This document shows positions 22,493 through 33,236 of a DNA stretch of 64,000 nt, one piece after another (position 1 is the stretch's first letter; each line of letters begins with the position of its first letter). The stretch lies in the NCBI GenBank assembly GCA_963667565.1, contig OY763415.1:1-64000 (forward strand), given 5' to 3'. The translations under genes and the position numbers were made by a program. The DNA comes from Acholeplasmataceae bacterium (lineage in GTDB: Bacteria; Bacillota_I; Bacilli_A; Acholeplasmatales; Acholeplasmataceae). The notes beneath the pieces were generated by a model. The model had not been told where the DNA came from. It did not search any database and was given only the letters and a program-made list of their open reading frames with translations.

Positions 22493-24627
22493 TTATTTCC
22501 TCTTTATTCTATAAAGTGTAGGGAGAAGTGTTAAAGTCACAAAAACACTAACAATCATTGAAACCCACATTAATACACTGACATTAAAATGAATGGTAAG
22601 TGGACTAAACATCATGATACTTAATCCTAATGAGATTCCAAAAGCGTTAGTCATGATGGGTCTTGATGCATATTGATATGACATATCAATCGCTTCAAGA
22701 TTTGACATACCTTCTTTTAAGAAATGTCTATAGGTTGAACTGTAGTGAACTGCATAGTCTATACCAACACCGATGGTGATACTAAAAATCATTACTGTTG
22801 TAATATTTAAAGGGATTTGCGTTAATCCTAAAAATCCGTATAAAGTTATTATAGTTATAACAATAGGTAAAATACTTAATATAGCTAATTTTAAACTTCT
22901 AAGCGAAATAAGCATAAGAAGTAAAACAACACCTAAAGCAAATAAAATACTATTTAATTGCATTTGATTAATTGAAGTGTTTAAATCCATCATTAAATAT
23001 TGAACACCAGTGACTTCAACATTTGGATCATTTGAAAGAAGTGACTCAATGTTTAATAATGTTTCATTAGATAAGTCTTTTGGAAAAACCAATAATCTGA
23101 CACTCATTTGATCATTGTTGATGAAATGTGTGATGATATTATCTTGATTAGAAACAACACTTTGATAAACCATTTGAAGTTGTTGATCTGTTGAGATTTT
23201 TGCACCAGTCATTTGTTCAAACATGATGTCAAACATATGATAAGGATTTAATATTTTAGTGGTATCATCTGAATTTGATAATGTAGATGCAATTTGATCA
23301 ATATAAGTTTTGGTTTCTAATGAAATAGGTGATTGATCAAGTTTAATATACACATATAAAGGAATACTTCCACCGTTGACTTCACTAATCACATCCGCAC
23401 TTTGTTTGACTTCTGTATAATCTTTATAAACCATTAACATATCAAATTCATTATTGATTTTGGGCATGTAAAGAAGTGATGTGATAAGTAGTAGCAACAC
23501 AATAATAACACTTGGGAATCCCCAAGCTTTTTTGAAAACATCTCTATGTTTTGCTACTTTATGATGTTTCATTTCGATATTGATATTAGTTGATAGAATC
23601 AAAGAAGTACAAACCAAGTTGCAACACCAGCTAAAAAGATACCAACACTACTATAAATGGCTAAATCAAAGACACTAGACGTATTCATTGTAAGAAGACT
23701 CAAAAAACCAGCAACAGATGTAAGTGTTGTGATAATCATAGGTACACCAACGATCGATAGTGTCTTTACAAGTGATTCTTTTGTTGATTTTCCCTCATGC
23801 TTTAATTCCTGATAATGCGAAACAAAATGAAGACCATCCGCACTACCAATAACGATTATAAATATTGGGACGATAGCAGTTAAAATAGAGACTTCTTTAC
23901 CGATAAGTCCGATGATTCCAAGTGTCCATAAAGAACCAATACCGGCAGGTAGAACACTAAAGATGGTTGCTTTTAAATTCTTCATTTGACTTCTAAAAAT
24001 CGTAAAGATTACTAAAAGTGCAAGTGGAGGAAGAATAAGCAATATTTGAATAATATAATCTGCAATTTTAATTTGTGAATAATCATCGCCTGATAAATAA
24101 TAATGAGTGAAATCATAAGATGAAGCCAAATCTTCAAGACTGTGTAAATTGGTTCTATCAAAAGTGTCATTAATAAAAAGTGTATAAGATATATAGTAAT
24201 GATTATTTAAAGTTGAAATAGGTGAAAATTCTTGGAAAGTGCTATAGTAAGACAAAATCACCTCAGGTGCTATATCTTGATAAGGTGTAGCCACTGTATT
24301 GATCACAAGCATCTCAGGTGCAGCACCTTCAACAAAATCAATATAACTTGTAGTTTCAAGTGTTCGCTGTAAATCATATAATTTGTCTGTTAAACTTTGA
24401 TCAAAAGTGTCACTTTCAATAAGTAGGGTGATTTGGTTTAATGCACCAAAATCATGAGAAACATCATCAAGCGATGCTTGATATGTTGAATTGTCTGTTG
24501 AAAACAAACTAAAGTCAGTATTGAGTTTTATATGTACAATACCATAGATACTTAACATGACAGAAATTGCCATAAAAGCCATTAAGAATTTTTTAGCTTT
24601 GTAAATGAAATCTATAAATTTTTTCAT
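22493..24627 (-). CDS. MMPL/RND family transporter (frameshift near 23600)
   Basis: IVIGSADGLHFVSHY and ITIGVGIDYAVHY repeated halves, each with a soluble loop. Confidence 0.9.
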
Positions 24628-24654
24628 GATATCTCCTTTTTTATGTCCAAAAAT

Positions 24655-24683
24655 ATTATAATTGACACGGTGTCAATTGTCAA
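24655..24683 (-). promoter_or_regulatory. Sigma70 promoter with palindromic (likely TetR) operator
   Basis: Minus strand TTGACA (24678-83), N17, TATAAT (24655-60); perfect IR AATTGACAC-G-GTGTCAATT at 24660-24678 fills the spacer. Confidence 0.85.
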
Positions 24684-24712
24684 CTTAAATAAAAAGGATA
24701 GAAACTATCCTC

Positions 24713-25048
24713 TTAGTAATATCTATAAAATTTAATGATATATTTATCTTCTAATTTTTCAAATTTGTATTCATCAATGAGTAAACCTAACGTATGAAGT
24801 GTACAAAGTGAATCATCAGATTGAAGATCCCAACCATACTCTTCTAGCTCTTTATCTCTTTCACAGTATAAGTCTTTTTTCAGTTCATCTTCTAAATCGA
24901 TAGAGACATCATATAAGGTAATGATAAAAGTTGTTTTACTCTTGGTTGTTTCTAAAGAGAAGTCTAATTTTGAAAAACCTTTATTCAATACATAACTGAT
25001 GATTTCTTCTGATATTTTTGCATGTTTTAGTTTTTCATGAAGCCCCAT
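24713..25048 (-). CDS. Conserved hypothetical protein
   Basis: RBS aggagg; overlaps the upstream DUF1576 gene; ELEEYGWDL motif. Confidence 0.7.
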   Translation of the reverse strand: MGLHEKLKHAKISEEIISYVLNKGFSKLDFSLETTKSKTTFIITLYDVSIDLEDELKKDLYCERDKELEEYGWDLQSDDSLCTLHTLGLLIDEYKFEKLEDKYIIKFYRYY

Positions 25049-26283
25049 GTGAAGCCCTCCTTTTTAATGGATGTTATGAGTGTTGTTATAATGACAGCGG
25101 TAAACGCTGCAGCAAATCCGTTACTATATAACAAGATGCCACCATGTAATTCTGATATGGCTTGTACAACTGGTAAATGAAGCATACCAGTAAGCACACC
25201 AACAATGATACCATATTCTCCAGAAACCGGTGCTAAACCTGTTGAAAAAATAATGGCTAAGATAACTGGAACACTTAATTCTAATTTAAACAGGTATACA
25301 ACTAAGATGACACCAATCATGGGTGGAATACTATTTCTTAAATGTTTACCAAAAGCAGCAAATCCCATGATGGTAAGTAAACCACCCATGACAGGACCGC
25401 TCATCTTTACACCAATAAGTAACATAAGTGCAAGTGACGCAAGACTCGTGAGTCCAATATTAAACATCGTCATTGGTTCATTTTTTCTTCTTGTGAAGTC
25501 GGTGATAGCAATACCACTTTGTCTTAAAATGTCTTTATAACCAGTTAATTTAAAATCATTTAACCATAATCCTACAAGAATATAAATTAAAGCTAAACTT
25601 ACAAATATAATAAGCAATAACGAATGAGACTCATTCGTATAGATTAAGTTTGTTTCATAATCAAGGGAGAACAACTTAAGGACACTAAAGAATACAAACG
25701 CAATAATTCCAGATGCAAAGCCAACATTATACAAATCATAACCACGATGGAATGTAATGACTTTTTGTGATAACTCAACTAATAAAAATCCAGATAAAAT
25801 ACCAATAAAAAATCCAAGTGGAATCGAAATCGCATAAGATAATCCTAATCCAAAGAAGACAATACTAGAAATTGGACTTAACCCTGTTGAAAATAAAAAG
25901 ATGGCAATCACACTTCTAAGATCTATGGATTTATATTTAGCATATAAATAAACACCTAAATAAATAATAGAAACATTTAAAAGATTTTTACCAAAGAAAG
26001 CAAATCCACCAATGGTTAATATACCTGCAAAGATGGAACCTGTAACCCTTAGATCTAATTTTCTAATAATCAGATAGGTTAATAACATTAAACTCCCAGC
26101 ATTAAATAAGGCAGGTCCCTCACCGCCAACAACAATATAATCTGTTAACAATATGCTTTTAGATGTTAAAATATGGATATAACCAGTGATAAACTCCCCA
26201 AACGGTTGTAAAACTAGTGAGATGATGATAAATGCAATTGAAACATAGGGGATTAATAAATGATTCTTAATTCTCTTTTTCAT
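25027..26283 (-). CDS. DUF1576 family membrane protein
   Basis: LLTDYIVVGG, GFAFFGKN, HRGYDLYNVGF, GFAAFGKH, LYSNGFAA duplicated motif. Confidence 0.85.
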   Translation of the reverse strand: MKKRIKNHLLIPYVSIAFIIISLVLQPFGEFITGYIHILTSKSILLTDYIVVGGEGPALFNAGSLMLLTYLIIRKLDLRVTGSIFAGILTIGGFAFFGKNLLNVSIIYLGVYLYAKYKSIDLRSVIAIFLFSTGLSPISSIVFFGLGLSYAISIPLGFFIGILSGFLLVELSQKVITFHRGYDLYNVGFASGIIAFVFFSVLKLFSLDYETNLIYTNESHSLLLIIFVSLALIYILVGLWLNDFKLTGYKDILRQSGIAITDFTRRKNEPMTMFNIGLTSLASLALMLLIGVKMSGPVMGGLLTIMGFAAFGKHLRNSIPPMIGVILVVYLFKLELSVPVILAIIFSTGLAPVSGEYGIIVGVLTGMLHLPVVQAISELHGGILLYSNGFAAAFTAVIITTLITSIKKEGFTWGFMKN

Positions 26284-26516
26284 TGTTCACCTCGCAAAAG
26301 ATATGTTAAATTATATCATATAATATATGATAAAAAGACAACTTTATCCATAAAACAATCATTTGAATTGAATTTAAAACAGATCTGCTTATTTTTGTCT
26401 ATTTATCCAATAATCTATATGATATAGCTGTTTATGTAAACGTTCTTTTATCCTTGATTTTAATTTTTTGAGGAGTATAATCTATATGGATACTTGAAAG
26501 GAGATGACTTTATAAA

Positions 26517-26864
26517 ATGAAATTAGTCGTCTATATCATGTCTGATACAACTAAATTAGACAAATTTTTACACGCTTTAAAAGAAAAAAATATTAATGGT
26601 GCTACGATATTAAAAGGTACCGGTATGGCCCGCAAACTTATTGCAAACGATGATATGGAATTTATTGGATCACTTAAAGTGTTATTCGATAATCCAAGAG
26701 TTGAATCTGATGTTGTCTTAATGGCATTAGAAGAACCTCAAGTTGAAGTAGTTTTTGAAACAATTAAAGAAGTAGTTGGTGATTTAACATGTCCAAACTG
26801 TGGTATTGCGTTTACTGTTCCGATCGATCACATCGTAGGTTTAACTAAGAAGAACAAACAGTAA
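26517..26864 (+). CDS. PII-like signalling protein
   Basis: GATILKGTGM, GIAFTVPIDHIVGL; PII/GlnB-like fold pattern. Confidence 0.8.
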   Translation: MKLVVYIMSDTTKLDKFLHALKEKNINGATILKGTGMARKLIANDDMEFIGSLKVLFDNPRVESDVVLMALEEPQVEVVFETIKEVVGDLTCPNCGIAFTVPIDHIVGLTKKNKQ

Positions 26865-26876
26865 GGAGATAAGAAA

Positions 26877-28088
26877 TTGGATATTACAACTTTGTTATAT
26901 GCCGGCATTATGATCGTGACGGGTCTTTTGTTTGGTAAACTTGCAAAAATAGTGAAACTTCCCAACGTCACTGGGTATCTTGTTGGTGGTGTTTTAATTG
27001 GACCTAGCGTTATAGGTCTTCTTGATGAATCATTTTTCGATAGTTTAAATATAGTTTCAACGGTTGCTTTAGGATTTATTGCTTTCTCAATTGGTAATGA
27101 GTTTAAGATTTCATATTTTAAACGTGTTGGACCTGGTCCAGTCATTATCGCATTTTTCGAAGCATTATTTGGTGTATTATTTGTATTAGCAATGTTATTA
27201 GGATTCTTTGCTATAACAGACAACTTAACGATTGAAAACCTACGTTTCTCACTAGTGTTATCTGCAATTGCAGCAGCAACTGCACCAGCATCAACACTTT
27301 TAGTCGTCAGACAATATAAAGCAAAAGGACCTCTTACAGAAACTCTGATGAGTGTTGTTGCCATTGATGATTCAATCGCGATTGTTCTTTTCGGGATTTT
27401 AGTTGCGATTGCAAATGCAATTGACCCAACTGCAGTACACACATCATTTATTCTACAAATTTTATCACCAGTGATTGAAATTATTATTTCATTAGCTGTG
27501 GGTACATTCTTTGGACTTATGGTCACATTTGGAACAAAATGGTTTACAGGTAGAGGTAATCGTATTTCATTAACGATTGCTGCTATTTTCTTAGCAATTT
27601 TCTTTGGAGAATATTTAGGTGGTTCATCTTTACTTGCAGCGATGGTCGCTGGCGGTATATTTGCAAACCTTTCTAATAAATATGAAGAAGTTAATGGACT
27701 CATCTATTTTGTGACACCACCAATCTTTATTATGTTCTTTGTCTTATCTGGAGCAGAACTTGATTTAGCGGTCATTACATCCATAGGTGTGATTGGATTG
27801 ATTTATGCAATCTTCCGTGTTGGTGGTAAAATCTTTGGTGCATGGTTTGGTTCGAAAGTCTCAAAAGCAGAACCAATTGTTGCCAAGTATTTAGGTTGGA
27901 TGCTCGTACCGCAAGAAGGTGTGTCTATCGGGTTATCGATTGCAGCTGCAACGATGTTTGCTGGAACTATGTTAGGCGAACAAATTAGAGTTGTGATTTT
28001 AGCAACTGTATTAATTTATGAACTCACAGGACCAATCATCACAAAACTTACTTTAAAACGTGCTGGAGAAATTACAATTCAAGACTAA
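26877..28088 (+). CDS. Cation:proton antiporter (CPA2)
   Basis: LPNVTGYLVGG, ATAPA, VAIDD, FFVLSGA, PQEGV. Confidence 0.92.
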   Translation: MDITTLLYAGIMIVTGLLFGKLAKIVKLPNVTGYLVGGVLIGPSVIGLLDESFFDSLNIVSTVALGFIAFSIGNEFKISYFKRVGPGPVIIAFFEALFGVLFVLAMLLGFFAITDNLTIENLRFSLVLSAIAAATAPASTLLVVRQYKAKGPLTETLMSVVAIDDSIAIVLFGILVAIANAIDPTAVHTSFILQILSPVIEIIISLAVGTFFGLMVTFGTKWFTGRGNRISLTIAAIFLAIFFGEYLGGSSLLAAMVAGGIFANLSNKYEEVNGLIYFVTPPIFIMFFVLSGAELDLAVITSIGVIGLIYAIFRVGGKIFGAWFGSKVSKAEPIVAKYLGWMLVPQEGVSIGLSIAAATMFAGTMLGEQIRVVILATVLIYELTGPIITKLTLKRAGEITIQD

Positions 28089-28172
28089 ACGAAAAGCTCA
28101 ATTATTTGAGCTTTTTTTATTTTATATAAATCAATGATAAAATATAAGTATCATTGATGGAGGGAAATAGAG

Positions 28173-28577
28173 ATGAAAAAATTATTTAATGATTTTGGAA
28201 AGTTTATTGCAAAAGGCAACGCTATTGATTTGGCCGTTGGTATTGTGATTGGGACTGCATTTAATGCAATTATCAAAAGTTTAGTTGCAGATATTATCAT
28301 GCCACTGATTAGTTTATTAGGTGGAAAAGATATCTCAAATTGGTTTTGGGTATTAAAAGGAACTGCAACATATGATCAAACTGTAGGTTCATATATCTTC
28401 TCAGCAAACGCAGTCGTTTTATACTATGGTAATTTTATTCAATCTGTTGTAGACTTCTTAATTATTGCCTTTGCAATATTTATGGCACTTAAAGTCATTA
28501 CAGCATTTCGAAATAAAATTGAAGAAGTAAAAGACCTCATTGTAAAAGATGATGATTTAGAAAAAAACGTAGACTAA
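28173..28577 (+). CDS. mscL: Large-conductance mechanosensitive channel
   Basis: FIAKGNAIDLAVGIVIGTAF, SLVADIIMP, YGNFIQSVVDFLIIAF. Confidence 0.96.
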   Translation: MKKLFNDFGKFIAKGNAIDLAVGIVIGTAFNAIIKSLVADIIMPLISLLGGKDISNWFWVLKGTATYDQTVGSYIFSANAVVLYYGNFIQSVVDFLIIAFAIFMALKVITAFRNKIEEVKDLIVKDDDLEKNVD

Positions 28578-28601
28578 AAAAGCTTCCTAAGAAGCTTTTT
28601 T
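28576..28601. terminator. Bidirectional terminator
   Basis: aaaaaagcttc-ctaa-gaagctttttt between mscL and mscS. Confidence 0.85.
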
Positions 28602-28606
28602 CTTTA

Positions 28607-29554
28607 TTATTTTAGATTTGATTGATGAACAACAACTTGAGGAAATGGGATATTAATGCCATTTTTATCAAATACAATTTTCATTTCTCTATTAAGAAGA
28701 CGTCTAACCATCATCTTATTTTTTTCTTTACACTTGGCAATAATTCTAACCACTACACCTGAATCTGCTAAATCCTCAACACCATCATAAAATGGACCTT
28801 CAATGATTTCAGGAATCTTAGTTTTCACATCAGCTAAATGAGATTTTATAACATCTTCAATCTTTTCCAAATCAGCATTGTACTCAACTGATATTTTAGT
28901 AATTGCAATCGATAATTCTTCAGATAAATTAATGATTTCTCTAATATCTGAATTTGCAATAATAAGTACATTACCTTCAATATCTTTGATGCGTGTATTC
29001 TTAGGACCAATTTCTAATACAACACCTCTAAAACCTTGTATTTCAACAATATCACCAACAACAAATTGTTTTTCAAAGATGATAGACAATCCCGCAAACA
29101 CATCTTCTAAAATACCTTGTGCACCAAATGAGACAGCGAGTCCTGCAATACCTGCACCAGCAAGAAGTGTTGGTGTTTGTACACCCCATGCAGATAAGAT
29201 GAGTAAAAGGGCAATGATAAAACTTAAATATTTAACAATGGATGCGAATAAGACGCCGAGTGTTTCACCACGTTTTCCTTTTCTTGTAAAGAGTCTTACT
29301 AAAAACATTAATATGTAATTAACGATAAAAACAAATACTATAATAGCAACACTTTCTAAGACATTCACATAATTGTTTTTGAAAAAACCAATTAAGTCAA
29401 AAAATTTACCAATTGAATTTTCAATAATGTTATCAAATGCAGAACCTGGAAATAAGATACCCGATAAGCTACCAAGTAAAATGAATAACCCAATAATCGT
29501 TAAAATGATAATTCCTTTAATTTTAGCAAATAATTCCTTTTTATGATCTTCCAT
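28607..29554 (-). CDS. mscS: Small-conductance mechanosensitive channel
   Basis: LAGAGIAGLAVSFGAQ, FVVGDIVEI, GINIPFPQ. Confidence 0.93.
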   Translation of the reverse strand: MEDHKKELFAKIKGIIILTIIGLFILLGSLSGILFPGSAFDNIIENSIGKFFDLIGFFKNNYVNVLESVAIIVFVFIVNYILMFLVRLFTRKGKRGETLGVLFASIVKYLSFIIALLLILSAWGVQTPTLLAGAGIAGLAVSFGAQGILEDVFAGLSIIFEKQFVVGDIVEIQGFRGVVLEIGPKNTRIKDIEGNVLIIANSDIREIINLSEELSIAITKISVEYNADLEKIEDVIKSHLADVKTKIPEIIEGPFYDGVEDLADSGVVVRIIAKCKEKNKMMVRRLLNREMKIVFDKNGINIPFPQVVVHQSNLK

Positions 29555-29565
29555 GTTTTTTTCTC

Positions 29566-30867
29566 CTATTCATATATATGGTCATAAATGATATCTCTTA
29601 TTTCATAGTTAGATGTGCTTTGCATCATGATGGTTAATTGATAACTTTTTGACGTTGGTTTTGTCATTGTAAAACTTACTGTTTTCAAATCTTGATCCAT
29701 GATGAACATGTATGTATCACTTTGGATATATGTCATATGATCACCTGATATATCATAAAGTTCTACATAAATTGAATCAAAATAATTAGAAGGATCTTCT
29801 AAAACAATATATACTTCAAAATATGTATCATATGCTGTGATAATCAGTGTTTCTACTTGGTAATAATCTAATGTTTGTAATATGTCATCATAAATCATCA
29901 TGTGTTCAGCTCTTAAGGTCTGAGGGTTTACATAAGTAGCTTCACAAGTGATGTGATACATCGTTGATGGTGATAAATCACCAATATAGACACTTATATC
30001 CTGATAAGAAGTTATGGATAGATCAACCAATTCGCTTCTTAATAAAACATCATGTTCATTATAAATATATAGTGTATAAGAGACATCTAAGTCATCCATC
30101 ATCTCGTTATATAAGGATAAATATATGGCATGATCTGTAGCATAATCAAAATACATAGAACTATAGAATGTAAATGGCGGTGTTACCCACATGTCATCAA
30201 GTACTACCAAACCATCATTTGTCATAGCCTCTATATAAAAATGTATGGGTTCATGGGTATATATATCAGTGATTTCTATACTTGATCTTTCATCTAAAAC
30301 CTGAACACTATCATATTGATATTCAGTATCATATTCACTTAAATAACCATAATAAAGCATAATGGATTGATAGATGTTATTAGGATCGTAAACTAAAATA
30401 TCAACTGTATAGGAAGTAAAGTAATCTAAATCGGTTTTATGAATGGATAGAATGGTTGCACCTACTGAAGCACGTGTTTTAACCATTAAAGTATCCAGTC
30501 GTTCTTGACCAAAACCTTTAGAACCATAAACGCTTAATCTGTAATCAGTATCAGGTGATAAAGCATCAAAATAGCCCGAGTTTTCACCCAGGCTTATTGG
30601 TTGTTCATAATATTCCATTTGATTTTCTAATACGACAAAAAGCGATGATTCATCAAGTGCTTGGTCTTGATCTGTTACATGAACTTGATATGTCACTTGT
30701 TCAGATAAAGTCTCAACACGTGTGATCTCAGCTTTTGGAGATGAAGGGATTAATGTGACAACAGCAACAACAGCAACCGTAGACATCGCAAAAGTAGACA
30801 TTAAATTTTTAATGGCATCATATCGTCTATTAAATGCTTTGCGTTCCCTTTTTTTATCCCTTATCAT
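29566..30867 (-). CDS. Membrane-anchored surface protein with FN3/Ig-like repeats
   Basis: Basic N-terminus plus TM; LSPDTDYRL and LSPSTMYHI match the FN3 L.P.T.Y motif. Confidence 0.65.
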   Translation of the reverse strand: MIRDKKRERKAFNRRYDAIKNLMSTFAMSTVAVVAVVTLIPSSPKAEITRVETLSEQVTYQVHVTDQDQALDESSLFVVLENQMEYYEQPISLGENSGYFDALSPDTDYRLSVYGSKGFGQERLDTLMVKTRASVGATILSIHKTDLDYFTSYTVDILVYDPNNIYQSIMLYYGYLSEYDTEYQYDSVQVLDERSSIEITDIYTHEPIHFYIEAMTNDGLVVLDDMWVTPPFTFYSSMYFDYATDHAIYLSLYNEMMDDLDVSYTLYIYNEHDVLLRSELVDLSITSYQDISVYIGDLSPSTMYHITCEATYVNPQTLRAEHMMIYDDILQTLDYYQVETLIITAYDTYFEVYIVLEDPSNYFDSIYVELYDISGDHMTYIQSDTYMFIMDQDLKTVSFTMTKPTSKSYQLTIMMQSTSNYEIRDIIYDHIYE

Positions 30868-31039
30868 ATTTTTCCCTCTAAAAAACATATAAGAATAAAT
30901 CAGTGGTGTCTATAAAATGATTATACAACGAATCATGAAAAAATAAAATATTATTCATAAATTTTATAAACGTTAAAAAAACGAATTTTGAATTTTGTAT
31001 TTCAAACTTCATAGAAAATTATAAAAATAATAAATAATA

Positions 31040-31058
31040 TTATGAACAAAGTTCATAA
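31040..31058. promoter_or_regulatory. Palindromic candidate operator
   Basis: TTATGAAC-aaa-GTTCATAA in the divergent intergenic region upstream of the tandem MarR gene. Confidence 0.5.
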
Positions 31059-31180
31059 ACAGAACACAAGTAAGTAAAATGATGTGATAAAAGCCATTTT
31101 TCTTGATTATTCTCTATTAAAAGCAGTAATATCAAGTTATAATAGGTATTGGGGAATACTTACATAGAGGAGAAACACAC

Positions 31181-32074
31181 ATGAATGACCACTTTTTAAG
31201 CGCAGAAGAGCTCATGTTTCATGAAAAAACGTATCAAATAGTTGAAATAGATTTTTTCAATGCAATCAAAGCTTTATTGCCAAAAGAATTAAAACCCAGA
31301 GATATTTATTTAATCCAAACGATTAAAAAAGATATCAAAAAACAAGAAAATACGATGTCTAAAATTGCTGAAGATATTATGATGACACCAAGTAAGTTAT
31401 CAAACAATATCGACTTTCTAGAAAAAAATGGATTTCTAAAAAGAACAAAGAGCCCTGAAGATAAGAGACGTATCTATGTGGAATTAACTGAAAAAGGGGA
31501 AAGCAGTTATAATCACATCCAAAAATTTATTGGAGATACCATTAAATATACACTCAAAAAATTAGGACTAGCAAGGACATTAAAACTTTATGGTATCGTC
31601 AACAAAGTTACAAGCCAAAACAAAAATACAGAAAGAAAAAAACTGAATTATAAGAAATTCATTGAAAATCTTATTTCAGTTTATTTTATAGCGGTTAGTT
31701 CAGAAGATAAACTTCTAGAAAAAAAGGAAGCAAACTTAACCGGTCACGACTTAAAAATACTTACATATATTTATTTAAACCGTGATCAAGATATGACGAT
31801 TAATCAATTAAGTGCATTATTTGAAGATCCATATACGACAGTAGCATCAGCAGTTCAAACCATGGAAGAAAAACATTTGATTATTAAAAAACCTGCGGCA
31901 AGCGATATGAGAAAGAAAATCCTTGATTTAACAGATAACGGAAATCTTGTGGTTTGTGAACATTTAAAGAGCAGAAAAAAGATTTTTGATGACTTGCTTG
32001 AAATGTTAAATGAAAAAGAAGCGAAAATTCTCTATGATGCTTATGCATATGTAAAAGAATACGCAAACAAATAA
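31181..32074 (+). CDS. Tandem (double) MarR-family regulator
   Basis: Two wHTH units: LEKNGFLKRTKSPEDKRRIYVELTEKG and MEEKHLIIKKPAASDMRKKILDLTDNG. Confidence 0.88.
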   Translation: MNDHFLSAEELMFHEKTYQIVEIDFFNAIKALLPKELKPRDIYLIQTIKKDIKKQENTMSKIAEDIMMTPSKLSNNIDFLEKNGFLKRTKSPEDKRRIYVELTEKGESSYNHIQKFIGDTIKYTLKKLGLARTLKLYGIVNKVTSQNKNTERKKLNYKKFIENLISVYFIAVSSEDKLLEKKEANLTGHDLKILTYIYLNRDQDMTINQLSALFEDPYTTVASAVQTMEEKHLIIKKPAASDMRKKILDLTDNGNLVVCEHLKSRKKIFDDLLEMLNEKEAKILYDAYAYVKEYANK

Positions 32075-32075
32075 C

Positions 32076-32103
32076 AAAAAAGACCTAAAAATTAGGTCTT
32101 TTT
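32076..32103. terminator. Bidirectional terminator
   Basis: aaaaaagacctaa / ttaggtcttttt. Confidence 0.8.
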
Positions 32104-32119
32104 CATTTTCAAAATTCAA

Positions 32120-32290
32120 TTAAACTTCGATAATTGCGTCTGCTGGACAAACCGCTTGACAAGCTCCACAGTCAATGCAGATATCTTCGTCGATCACGTA
32201 GATTGGGTCGCCTTCAGAGATACAATCAACTGGACATTCAGGTACGCATGCTCCGCATGCAATACAATCATCATTAATACGTCTTGGCAT
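32120..32290 (-). CDS. 2[4Fe-4S] ferredoxin
   Basis: CIACGACVPECP and CIDCGACQAVCP; ATG 32290 behind a ggagg RBS. Confidence 0.96.
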   Translation of the reverse strand: MPRRINDDCIACGACVPECPVDCISEGDPIYVIDEDICIDCGACQAVCPADAIIEV

Positions 32291-32447
32291 GATAGTTACC
32301 TCCCTTATCAATTAAGATTAACCCCATTTTATAACAATAATTGAATAATGTAAATACAATATGAGATTTTTTAATCATAAATAAAAATACTATAAATAAG
32401 AAATAGTGTTATAATATGTATGGAAATTATTCAAGGTGGGGATTCTT

Positions 32448-33236
32448 ATGTCAAAGACATATAGATACAGACAGTCAATTCTTATTTTTAAGTATGTCAT
32501 GATTGCTGTTTTCTTTACATTTATTGTTTTATCTACATTAAACTTTCAAAACGAACATTTCTCAAGTTATATATATTTGTTATTAGCTTTAATATCACTA
32601 CCAATCATTTACTACACTTCATTATTAGGCGATACTGAAATATCACTAACAGAAGAAGAGATAGTTTTTTTGTGTAATAAAAAGAAAATTGCAATTAAAT
32701 ACAAAGATATTACAAAAATTGATGTCGTCAGTTTAGAAAAATTTGGTGGTTATATTCACATCTATGGTTTTGAGATAGCCCCTATATATATATCAATTAG
32801 ATTAGAAGATCTAGATGATTTACTTCGAAGACTTTATCAAAAACTTTTGAAAATTGAACATCACGAGACTAAAAACGACAGATTGTTTGATTTTTATAAA
32901 ATTGCTATAGAAGTTAAGTATCAACATAACAGACTTAAAAAAATCATTAAATATTTTTTATTTTATTTAATTTTAAACCTCGCATATATATTTGTAGTCA
33001 CACAAGCAGATGTAAGAGGGATGGTTATTACATTGTTCTTTGGATATTTAGTCACTTGTTTAATCGCTTATGTATTTATTGAGTTACGCTTTTATTCACC
33101 AAAAGTACACACCATTCAGTTAAGTCAAAATCAAAAAGTTGTCGATCAAAGTAAAACCCATGATTTATTATTCTATGTTTGGTTAGGTTTATCGTTTATT
33201 CATTTGATTACCATCTGCATCATCACACTCATCTAA
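32448..33236 (+). CDS. Hypothetical membrane protein (possible bPH domain)
   Basis: 2 TM, soluble beta-rich segment IKYKDITKID, then 3 TM. Confidence 0.65.
   Translation: MSKTYRYRQSILIFKYVMIAVFFTFIVLSTLNFQNEHFSSYIYLLLALISLPIIYYTSLLGDTEISLTEEEIVFLCNKKKIAIKYKDITKIDVVSLEKFGGYIHIYGFEIAPIYISIRLEDLDDLLRRLYQKLLKIEHHETKNDRLFDFYKIAIEVKYQHNRLKKIIKYFLFYLILNLAYIFVVTQADVRGMVITLFFGYLVTCLIAYVFIELRFYSPKVHTIQLSQNQKVVDQSKTHDLLFYVWLGLSFIHLITICIITLI

Noticed and set aside
26828..27703. 291-aa minus-strand ORF, and similar antisense ORFs at 28878, 36273, 35306, 51676 and 25205
   Set aside because: Antisense shadows of well-supported genes, with no RBS or recognisable motifs.
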